A stretch of 64,000 nucleotides of DNA, taken from assembly GCF_963853765.1 (NCBI RefSeq), contig NC_088855.1, positions 42,346,001 through 42,410,000 of the forward strand. The letters run 5' to 3'. Under the pieces are notes generated by a model. The model searched no databases. It was not told where the DNA came from and saw nothing but the letters and a program-made list of their open reading frames with translations. Each line of letters begins with the position of its first letter. Position 1 is the stretch's first letter. Origin of the DNA: Magallana gigas (taxonomy: Eukaryota). This document shows positions 1 to 12,500 of this stretch, one piece after another. The position numbers and the translations under genes are program-made.

Positions 1-149
1 TCGACATCACCTTTTTTTTTCACAATTCATTCTAACATATGCTAGCTAGTCTCAAACTACATTTAACCCTGCAGCATCCTGTTTAATAAATACAATAAAA
101 AAGCACCTTTTCAATACATTTCTTTTTATTTAAAATGCATTATTTGAGC

Positions 150-3100
150 TCAATCTGAATCTGATAACTCAAAGTTCTTGACAATGTCCTCTTTATCATC
201 AATGTCCTCCAGCTCATCGCTTTCATCTTCATTGCTGTCTTCTCCCTCCTCTCCTTCTTCCTCCTCATCTACACCATTCATGTCATCATCATCATCATCA
301 TCATCATCATTGCTCCCTCCTTCTTCATTATTTTCCCCATCATCCATGAATTCTTCATCAGAATCTTCATCTCCCGACCTCGCTAAGATTTCAAGTTCAT
401 CACTGTCAAAATCACTGCAAAATTAATAACACAAAAATATAAATACAATGTAATATGACAGATTGCTTAAAAATAACTAAGTTATTTTTATTAAGTAAAT
501 CTTCTTACCATCCATTGCTTCAGTTTTAACCCAATAATCTTATACAATGAAGAAGCTGACAAATCAAATATTGTAAAGGCACTTTTATCTGACATACTGA
601 CATTGGCTGAAATCCCACCTTTTTTTATGTTACACTACTGATGGTATATAACAAAAGTCAGACAGTGAGGACAGGTGTAATAAAAGTATCCTTCACACTT
701 GTACTGTAGGAATTAAGAATTCACAACAAAATCAATAAATTAATACATGCATTATATATTTCCAAGCAATTTTGGATTTGTAATTTTTTTTTTGGAGGTG
801 GGGGAAAGGTGAGGGGGGGGGGGGGGGGCTTTTTTCTTTTTTTTTTTTTAGAAAAAGAATTGTTTTTGTTATGTTATGTGTTATGAGGATTAAAAAAATT
901 CAAATTTTAGTTGAGGAAGTAATTTTTTGCCAAGTGTTTCAAAGGGAAATGTAATTTACCCACCTACAATTCTAATTTAGGCTTCACAATGAAGTGATAT
1001 AGATGTCTTGCATAATGACACTTTCCTTTTTATTGAGTTTCACTGTTATATAACAAAAAACCTTCGCTAACTTCCCCTTCAGAGCACTCAGTGTTGCTAT
1101 TTTAAAGATAGCCTTGATTATTATTAGTATTCTCTGAAATGTGGTTCTTCATACAAACAAGCATCTCCTTGATTCATAACCTGCCAAGCAGCTATACATG
1201 TATTTATAGTCCAAAATTTTATAATACTGGTAGGTTTCTTGAACCCTAATTTCTCTTTTCTAAATGCAGTAATAATTTACATGCAAAGCCCTCAACATCA
1301 GATTCTATTTCCGAAATAATTAGTTACAACATTTCATTAATTTCCTTGACACGAGTTCCTGCATGAATGAGTGTAGATTACCGTACCTATAGTCTTGACT
1401 CTCATCTGAACTATTACCATGGCTGGTCTTTTGTTTTTTAACTGGACGCTCCTCTTTCAGAAGAAATCTGTCAAATAAAATAATGTGTTCATTAAATTCA
1501 TACGAATGTCAATGTTATATGTATGTATATTGTATAATACATTGTCCAGGTACATGTATTGCGATAATAATTGGTATGTGGATATCTATACCCGGTGACT
1601 TTCATTAACATACATGTATATATTCTTAGTACTTTGCACATATATCTCTCTGTGGACAGATTACCAAGGGTTAGACAGTATCAAAGAAATAAGGCTCTAA
1701 GTACTGATGAAATGGACAATGACTAAGATACCAGTAATAAAGGGATTAGACAGGTTTTTTACATCTATAATGGGTGTAACTTCTTATAACAAAACTGGGT
1801 TTTTTTGCATTTTATTTTTACAGATTATTATATATATATATAGAAACAGAATCAAACATTTTTATTTTTTTGTCATAATGATATCATCACAAAGAATACA
1901 CCCTATTGGGCAATGAGACCCCTTTAGGTGTTTTGTTGTATCACCTTAAACCTCTATCAGGAGAAGACAAACTATGTAGATGGTCTCATTTACCTGGTGT
2001 CATCATCACTGTCCGACTCATCAAACAAGGCCCCAAACTCCTTCTTGTCTTCTTCTGATGCTTTGATTGGCCCCCTCTGGCGCTCAATTCTGGGCATTTC
2101 ATCCACACCCACAATCTAAAGGTAAAAGGTAAAAAATCATTTCAAAGTCACAAACTTACAAGTGAAAGAATAAAAATACTAAAATAATTTCTCAATGAAT
2201 ATACTTTAAACTATTCAAATGGAAATGTATGAAATGTAGATTTCACAGAGTTTAGTATGTATTTGTTTGAATTTGATAGGTGATAGGTCTTACAAGGTCT
2301 TTCTGTGCGATCTGGTGCTGAAGTTCTACATCTCGTAGCTTTCTCCAGTTGTTGTAGAATTTGTCCAGCGGTGTACCAGCTTCCCTGCATTCTCTCTCCC
2401 ATGCCGCCTACAATAAGCAATTGACATTTTACTCCCTTAAAATTACTGTGTATTGACTGTATAATTTGAGGAGTATGTTGATTGAATGCTGAATGCTGTA
2501 ATTATGCTGCATACCACAGCCTTAGTGTCAGACAGCTTAATGTTGGCAGACTTTCTTCTGTTGTTGATAAACTTGGTGTTGTCATCCACTTTGTCAACTA
2601 TTTGTTTGATCTGCTTGCAGTAATTGGCCACCTTACATTTCTTCAAAAAGTCTCGCAGCTATAAATAAATTGATTCATATTCCTCATTAAAATCTGCACT
2701 CTATTTCATGCAGATATTATGCTAAAACCTACAAAAAGTGCAAAAAGCTAAAACAAAGATTAGGTGTTCTTTCTGCATATCATTGACCCAGTAAACATCA
2801 ATAATGTGTCTATATGTGCACTCTTATGAAAAAATCCCCAAAGTTTGTGCACATACATGAAAGACAATATTTACCTTTATCAAGAGTACAACAAGTAGCA
2901 TACGCCCAATAAATCACAAGGAAGGCCTCAAGTAATATGTCACTTAAACTGGAGACTCGCTTTCATGATTTTTGATTATTTAATCCCCTGTCGGGTTTGA
3001 AGAAGTGGTTCGTACCTGAATTATCCCTGGGAGAACCAGCTCAGGAAAACCGACGGAGCTGGCGTGAACGTGGAGCTGTTCCAGCAGTAGCTCATACAGC

Positions 3101-3594
3101 TGATCTATCAAACCATCCTGAAATCAAATCAGCTTATTCATCATTCATTTAAACCTGCACCCACAAAAAACTGGGCTTTGGGGTTACATTGATCGACCAA
3201 TAAAGGAGTCTAAAAATTGTAAATTTTTAGAACATAACAAAGGGAATCTTAGTATTCAACAGCAAAAATACTTACATCTTACATTATGAATTTTTATCTA
3301 TAATCTTTTTTCAATTTTTGACATTAATAATGAAAGGTTATCTTATTTTTTAACTGATGTCTGAGATGGAGATTCCATACGAAACAAACAAGGTAGAGTA
3401 ACGTAATTATCAATCTTTCTAAAAATGTTATTTTATGCACAAATAATATAAGTAACTATTTTTTTTTATAGACTTGTTACCTTAAATGCCTTCTCTTGAA
3501 GTTGTGCCTTTGAAAACTTAAGTATGCAGGCAAAGTTGAAAGGTTTTAGGCTGACCGTCTTGTGACGTTTGTTGAAGTCGGTTTGCTCCAGAAC
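150..3594 (-). CDS. NOC2L: NOC2L 3' exon block (coding exons 12-18)
   Basis: Seven exons from [26 protein letters not shown] to the acidic tail ending FELSDSD*. Acceptor tttcag|GTT at 3595/3594 is phase 0, matching exon 11. Candidate AATAAA on the minus strand at 125-130. Confidence 0.96.
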
Positions 3595-6500
3595 CTGAAA
3601 TAGACAAATCACACCACAGTTATCTCTCTTGCATTATGTACCCTTCTGCTGACGATTAATTACTGAAGCTAATTATACTGATTCAGGATACTCATAATAA
3701 ATATACCTGAAATTAGTTTACAATTTTATTATCTACTTTTTATCATAATATACAGTGTGTACATTGATAGGAATTCCAGTCTGTTTAGGATATCTGATTT
3801 TAAAAAGGTGATAACAATGAAAATTTAATTTCTCGAGGTGTAGTGTATAGATGATAAAAAAAAAAGATCTAAAATTTAATTAAAACATGGAGTAATTATT
3901 GTGTTCTTTTTTCTCCTTTATAATTTTAAGACAAAAAAAATTTCAATATTTTTTTATTTAAAACCACATTGACAACTTCCTTTTGCGGGAAAATTCCATA
4001 CCCTTTGACATGCTATGGAAAATTTATCAATAGGACTTATGGGTGATGGAGTTCCTGCTATTTCCATATACAGATCGTGTTTCTGCTACAAGTGAGTGCA
4101 GATGTTAAAACAGATATTCGAAACATGCAGCAATCTTACTAGAAATCTAGCTAACGTGTGAATCATTTTAAAACAAGTGAATCAGCTAGCTCATGTATAA
4201 ACTAACAGCCATGACATAGCATTCAGCAGAGGTCAAATCTTCTAACCAATAGAACAGACCAGCAAGCCCGCCATTTGAGCTCTGAGCACAAACAATTGAC
4301 TTCTGTTGCTCCTCAAATTCAGATCAACAAATCCAAAGCAGTAAATTGACTGAATAAATGGGATAAGTTCACCTTATCATACAGGATAGGCATGTGACCT
4401 GGAATTCGTGTCAGTGGGTCAGACGTTGCACTCAGTTCAAAGCACCCTTTCAGTGCTTTCTCCATGGGGCATTCTGATGTATTATCCAATCGATTAAATA
4501 TCCGTCATGCATGTGGGATCATGCATACATTGCGATAAACTTGGCAGAAGAAATGCTTTCCACTGTTGTTTTACCAACCAAAAAACCCTGTCTTTTGATA
4601 TGTATTATTTCATGAAGATTCCTTCTCCAATTTAGCAGCTGTTCTAATGAACAGAAGATGAAACAAGGTGTATAAGAATGAAATTCCTTTGATGAAAAAC
4701 GAGAAACTCTGGTTCAAGATAAAAACATCAGAAGATTCCTGAAAAGTGAGATAACCAAAATATAAAAAAAAAGTTTATAAAAAAATAAAGATATTACAAA
4801 AGAAGCCTGATCATATTGCAGGGGCTGAGTCACTATACAGTAACACCAGCACCGAGTGTAAACACAGAACTCATATTTTTATTTGGATAACAAAATGTTT
4901 CAGACATCCAAAAATAGCTTTCCAATTCTATTTACAGAGAACCAAGTGGCATTTGAATTGCTACATTTGCAAATGTTGGGAAAAACCTTGATCATCATTT
5001 GACAATTGGTGTATAGGAAATAAGCATGTCTAGCTGTCATGTTGAACTCTTACTTTCACAATTCACATTTCCTGCTAGGTAATCAAAGGAGACCAATTGA
5101 AATGTTTTTTGAATGAAAAGTTCTCGAATGATTTTCACTGTTCTTTAGTGCACTATTATGAAACTCGCGACAACCAGATCAAACTAATATTGATACCACG
5201 TGCCGTAAATAAAACCAACCGAATTTGGTATGGAACCAGAAAGAACTAGTATTTTACAATATATGTAGTAGAAATCTATTTTAAAAATGCATGTTCATTT
5301 CCAGGAAAGTTATTTCAATAATCATTGTTTGAATGTAGTAAATTGTAAATACACACTTAAGGACTAAAAAAAAAAATCACTTCCTGTGCACAGGTTTTCA
5401 CCCATGTTTTGAGTCATTGATTTAGTAATTTCAAGAGAAATTTACCCACACTGCATGTTATTTGTAATTATAGATTGCCCTGCATGTAGTTGTACTCACA
5501 CATTCACTATAAATAAAATACCTATAGCTTTACAATAGTTACCAGTACATGTGGGCGATGTGGTATCATCTTTACTACATACTAGTACAGTAAAACACGG
5601 TTATAGTGAACACGCTTACAATGAATTGATGCCTACAGCGAAGTGATTTTCATTCCCCATGACTATAAAATATGTTGTAAACTTGGATATAATGAATGTC
5701 GCTAATAACGAAGTAAAATCACCCGTCCCTGGCACTTTGTTATAAGCATGTTTTACTGTACTCAAGCAAAATAAAGTAAGTGGTTAAAACCACTTACTGA
5801 ACTAAAGAGACTCAGTGAGTTTGTGGATGAAAGGTCGATAATGCAGAAAAATATCCACATCGCTCTAAATCTTGTCTCATCTCTCAATGAATGACAATGT
5901 TAAGTAAACTCTTATTTTAAACACTGAAATACCATACTTTACAAAAGTACTTCTTCTCCTAGCTATGCTATTGAAACCTACAGGTAATGTTTATTTGTTA
6001 AATATAAAATTGGACAAGCAATATAATTCTCATGAATCGGTTTCTTTCAGACATCTAGAAGAATGTATACTGTATAGGTGTGATGTACTTTATCATATGA
6101 GAAAATATTAAAGGAATCTAATTGCAAAACAAATATTATTCAAGCAGACATCACAACAAACATCTATCAGTACAAACAACATTTACACTGCACTGTTGCC
6201 CACTTGTGCCATCTACCACTCATAACAGTGCACTCTCGGGTCAAAGTTAAGGTCATGACCTTTGGTGGAGTACATCTCCAAATTCACTCAGTAGACACTG
6301 AACAGTTCCACGTCAAGTGTGATTTATCACCACAGTTCAGTGATGTACCTGGAAAATCTGCAGTGTAATTAATTAAGAGTACATGCATACATATAAAAAA
6401 GGCTAAAACAGTCTGGTAAAAGCTAATGGACATTTTTCATTAAAATTAACAACAATTTGTCAAATTGTCAATCCTGCATTAAGTAGCCAGTGGCACACGT

Positions 6501-9500
6501 TTTTGTCTAAGCTCATTTCTCAGAAAGGATGGTTCAGAGACAGAACGATCTGATTTATTTTGGTACCAGGTGGTCCCAGTGCTTTGATTTCCAGACACAC
6601 ATCATACAAACAAAATCAAAACATTATCTTGGGCAGTATCTGAAAATCTTTATTTAAAGTTGCTGATTTTTGAGATTGTAAATAACTATCCACAAAAACT
6701 TTATACCTGTTTAACTCAAGGAATTTAAAACACTTTCCAGGACATTTTCTGAAAATTTAATTTTTCAAATTGAAAATTAATTTTCTTCACCTTTGTGGTT
6801 TAGTTATATAATATCAGAGTTATACATATGTAATTTCAAACTGCATGACTAAAACAGAACATGATTCAAGAGCATATGTTTTGAAAAGCTGATACCTCTC
6901 CAACTTGCACCAATTTACTTAATCTTTTACAAATACATTGAATAAATTCCCATGACTAAGTGTAGCTGATAAGCAAGGGAGTTCTGTTTTACTCATGTGA
7001 AGCTTCAACTGAATCAAAGTGTAGATGATGATGTGTTGAAGAAAGTTACGCAATCTTTCTCTGCAGGGTGGTTATTAGAAGGGTCTAACCCACTGACACA
7101 GATTAACATGTCTAACCACCAGTTTAACTTCAGGGTTCAATTAAAAAAAAAAAAAAAAGAAGTGTTCATGACCAAGTTTTGTTTTATGTTGTAAAATTTT
7201 GAGGTCTGCTGGATGTTTCATGAAGGAAACAACAGGTGTTCCTCGCAGGCAAACACGACTGGGACTAATATTGGAGCCCTATACATGTCCTGTCACCGAA
7301 TCGTGATCTGTCTGATTCAAGTATTTCATCCCACCATTACTCGGTTGATTGCTATCTGAGAAATTTGGAATATATAGTAGTTTTACTAATAAACCTTAAT
7401 TTCTCTCTCCAGATTAATTACAATATCTGGTGTTCTGANNNNNNNNNNNNNNNNNNNNNNNNNNNNNNNNNNNNNNNNNNNNNNNNNNNNNNNNNNNNNN
7501 NNNNNNNNNNNNNNNNNNNNNNNNNNNNNNNNNNNNNNNNNNNNNNNNNNNNNNNNNNNNNNNNNNNNNNNNNAATTGGCATTTGCAATTAATTAGTCAA
7601 ATAATGAACTGTATTGTAATCAAGAAATATTTCTGTGCATCTACTCAGGTTATTAATTCTCATCAGCAGCACAAGTATGTGTTTGATCTTTTCCAAATCG
7701 TTGCAGAACTAGTCATCTTGGCAGCTCAAGGCAGCAGCAGCTGGAGAGGCAGGGTATACCAAGGACATGTACTAGTAACCGACTACTGCTGTTACCTTCA
7801 CGGTAAAACAAAAACTCTCCGTCTTAATTAGCATCCTCTCCTGATAAGGAATTATCTTTCATTGTTTCTGCAATATCATATCTGCCAAGGTTAGTACAAT
7901 TTTTTTCCCCCCTTAAGACTAAAGTCATCACAGGATGACAAATCAATATGTTAAAAATGCAATCTTCCTCTACTAACACTGAAACACAGATTTTCTGAAG
8001 GTTAGAATCTAGAAACAGGGAGTTTAATACCACACTGGCTAATGGAAGTCCCCAGAGCTTTCTGATTGAAAGCCTGTAGGCTGGAAAATGTCAGCACACC
8101 TACGTAACAATGTCCAAAAACAAACAGAAATTGATCAGGATAAAAGAAATGCCATTTAAAAGTGTTCATTTACATGGAAATTAAAAACAATGCAATTTGA
8201 GTAGTATTCCTATTCCAGGACCTTTTAATGTAGCATTATAAAAGGCCCTCAACATGAAACAATGCATGATGTCTGGCATCCATAATTAATGCACAAATTT
8301 GAATACAAACTCTTCTATCTGTAAACCAGTATGCTTGAAGAGTCTGTTAACTACTAGAGCTTAATAAGATAGACATCTAAATTCCTCTTTATGTAAAGTA
8401 AAGAAAAAACACAGCCATCACAGGAAAATGACGTAATCTTAATGACTGTAGGTTGTTTTTGTGGGATAAATACGCAGACAGCAATATCATACAATATGAC
8501 ATGCCGAAAAATGCCTTGGCTTCGTACACAAACAGCAAGAATACCCAAAATCAAGACGTTTACTGTGTGGTTTTATTTTAACAGAAAAATAAATTATGCA
8601 TATCTATTTATTGCTTTTATTTTTTATTATAGATTAGAAAAGATTGATGCCTTCGTGATGAAATCTGAGGTTGTAATAATATACTAGGTACCTATAACTA
8701 AAACGTGTGACTTCGGCACATGTATGTATACAACTGATGCCAGGTACAGGAAATGATGTCACACATTTGCATTCTGAGGTATCCAGACACCAACTGATGT
8801 GCCAACAAACATATGCGCTGGGTTGATATCAACTAGACATATAAATATACTCACAAGTGAATGTTTTGGTTTTCTATGTGGGAAGGATTTGGTGGGAACA
8901 AAGAATGCATTACCTAAATTGGTTTGGTCTTTAATTAATGAAAAACAATTCAAAAAGGTTTGAAGATTTCTGATAAAGAAAACTGAATGAGTATAAAGAT
9001 TTGGTGGGAATTTTCAGAAGAGTCTCTGCATGGCTTTCTGTTTGACCTAAAACCTAGCCCCTCCCATGCCAGTAATACAAATCTGTCTGAGATCTCTAGA
9101 GTTCTAGTGGGTGGTCTGTCTGGCCGATTTCAATTCATTAGATTACTTGCCTCTGTCTGAAGTGTTGACTTCTGCTTATAAGTTCTGAGCAGATCACACT
9201 AAGTTGCGATAAGCTAATGACAGAATTTGATCAATTACTGCTGTAACATTTCTTCTTCATTAGGGTCTGTTCCTATTCACAAGCTTGCCTTTCCAAACCT
9301 TGACACCTTGGTGTGAAGCAATTCCCAACAATACAAATATTTACCAAAAGGTGAGAGTCTCTAACTAAGTCTTTCTATCAAACTAAAGTTCAATAAATCT
9401 GCGTCTTATTCCCGACCAAATTTGAGCGAGTACAGCTATGGCACTCGGTCAGGAAGCCACAAGCACACCAAGGTTAAACTGCAACAGTCTGCATGACACT

Positions 9501-12500
9501 TAAACCATCTTGAAGTCAATGGCTTTGTGCTGCCATATTAAAAGGGGTTATTACTGAGCAAAATCTACTGGAGTCATCTCTCAGACCAACTGGAAGTAAC
9601 TAGACCAAGTCTTTGTCTTTACAACCGATTACATGTGAATGTTCAGCCAGACTGAACATCAATGTACGGTCAATTAAACCCTTAGAGTTAGCTTCTATAT
9701 ATAGTGTCGTAAATGCAACTCTGTATTTTTCTTTCCCAATATAGACCAGTTTTATAAGTGTTTTATTTCAAAATACAATGCGTGGAAAAGTTCCACCTGA
9801 GAGAGGGAGTCAGTAGGTTAGCAGGCCAATGGCAAGCCGAGGTCAGTCCGGGCACACCTTAATATGCCGCACCTCAACACAGCACAAAATCATCTGTCAT
9901 AGCCCTGACAGCTTCCGCCATAAATCTATTACTGCCCTGAGTAAGATATAGACATTCCATTCAGCCCAAGATACTAAAATGAGACTTTTTATGCATACAA
10001 ATTCATTGCTTCACCTAACAGAGAGCTTCTTTTTCGATCATTTACGCTATTTATAAACAATGAAACCAGACTGTCTTCAATGAATGATCATTATAAAATG
10101 TTATAAATGGCTTTTTATCTAATAAAACTATTGTGATTATTTTGAGATGCTTATAAAAAGATCAGCTAATATTTAGTAATGTTTAACTAGAGGACAAAAT
10201 GTCCATAAAATTAATCTTTAGTAATACTAGTATATCTTGAAAGTGTATTTGTTTTTCCCGTTTCCTAGACAGCAAGTTAGTAATACATATATCTTCTGTT
10301 GTAGGCTATTCAAAACATCTATTTGTAATCTCTGCAGGTATCAGTTCTACAATGTCTACGGGAATTAAGTCTCATAATTTTGTCTATGATAAATTCTAAG
10401 GACAGTGAGACATATACAGACCTTCAGTCATTACATAAACTGAGGTATCACAGCATCTCATGAAAGTAGGATGCAATATTCTATCCAGGAAAACCCATCA
10501 CAATATCATTAGTTACAAGCCACCTACATTTACAGTACACATATAAGTATATTTATAATTGACTTCCTAATAATACGTTAACTATTACAAAAAACCACTA
10601 AACCACTTTTAGAAATAACTATTACACTGAAGCTGACAGAACCACTACAAAACTTTTAAAATGGGTCTCACATTTCCACCCATTCATGGTTACAATCATA
10701 ACTGAAGCAAGAAATTTCACACAGCTCATATTTATATACAACCAGAGACTTACATAAGCATTTAAGGAAAATATAAATACAGTTGAACTTCGTTATCTCG
10801 AACACTGATATCTCGAATACAATGGATACATGGAATAGTGAAGTCCCAACTACTTCAAAGAAGGGAGGGCATATTGCTTTGCTGCTATCTGTCAGTCGGT
10901 CGGTCCACCAACAGTTTCCGTTCATTTTCTTCACAGAGGATGAACATATTCAAATGAAATTTGGTATACAGGTTTATCATGATAATATCTAGATCAAATT
11001 TGATAATAGGTATGATCGAGCAATTTTCGACAGAGTTATGGCTCTTGGACACAGAAAAATTCCAGTTATTTGCAGTTTCTGCTCATTTTCTTCGCAGAGG
11101 GTGCACATATTGTTATGAAATTTAGTATACAGGTTTATCTAAATAATATCTAGGTCAAGTTTGATTTTGGGTATGATAGAGCAATTGTCGACAGAGTTAT
11201 GCCCCTTCGACTTAGAAAAATTCCAAATATTTGCAGATATATATATATATCTAGAATACCCAGATATCTCAAAGAGTTTAAACAGTGCCATATATATATA
11301 GTTTGAGATAACAAAGTTTGACTGTACATGTTACTCTGAAGATTATTTCCATCAAAGGAAATTGTTTATTTAAACTTCAGAGCACTGTCACATTTCTACA
11401 TCTTCAAACTGTTGTATTTTATGTCCCTCAATTAATTTTCATTCCGTTTTCTAATGACTTGATCATGACAGAGGAGAATTTCAGATTGCAGACATATTTT
11501 TGTAATTCTAGGAAATGAATATCATTAATCATTAAACCATATATTCCTTGGTTTATTTACCATGGCTTTCACTTGACAGCTGGTGAACCCAGTTCCTGGA
11601 AAATAAGACACAGATGCAGACCTGTCTGTGCATTGACTTAAGCTATGTCAATAAACAACATTTTATTAACACATTACAAAATAATACAAGTCAAATTGGA
11701 TAGTTTATTGACTAGATGTCTAATGAATAAACAGTGTTTATTAATTCAACTATAGTGTTTAATAAACACTATATTTGAATTATTTGTTGTAGATATTAAT
11801 TTGAAGGCAACTTAAGACCCAAAGAAATCCACCAAACTAGAAAAGCTGTCAATGTGACGGCAAACCAGGTTTTCTTTTGTGTGAACTGTATCCATAATCC
11901 ATTTGTCAACCCTGAATTGATAAACACTACCTCTCCAGACAAATGCAGTATTTTGCCAAAAAATGACGAAGTTCAACAGGTGCTATTTTTTTCATAAATT
12001 ACTAAAATTGAAAATCCAAGTAATATGCACATCTCTGATATATGTACATTTGATATGCAAAACCGCAACTTCCTATCTTGAAAACTGTAGGAGGATTTAC
12101 CCGTACAATAGGAGACCCCTATATGCAATATGAAAAAATGACTAAGATCAACAGCTAGTATTTTTTTCATAAAAAATCAAAAATCAAAATCTAAGTAATA
12201 TGCACATCTTTGATATATGTACAATTGATCTGCAAAATAACAACTTTCTATCTTGAAAACTGTAGGAGGATTTACCCGTACAATAGGAGAACCCTATATG
12301 CAATATGAAAAAATTACTAAGATCAACAGCTAGTATTTTTTTCATAAAATATCAAAAATTAAAATCCAAGTAATATGCACATCTCTGATATATGTAAAAT
12401 TGATCTGCAAAACAACAACTTCCTATCTTGAAAACTGTAGGAAGAGTTGCTGTGCACCACCCACCCACCTGCCATTTTCACCATTTCAATAACCAGATTT

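Noticed and set aside
178-426. Ser-rich plus-strand ORF (and similarly 54976-55227)
   Set aside because: Antisense shadow of acidic Asp/Glu NOC2L exons.
11958-12445. Regular repeats as a CRISPR-like array
   Set aside because: Whole 175-bp units repeat with no unique spacers; eukaryotic satellite-type array.
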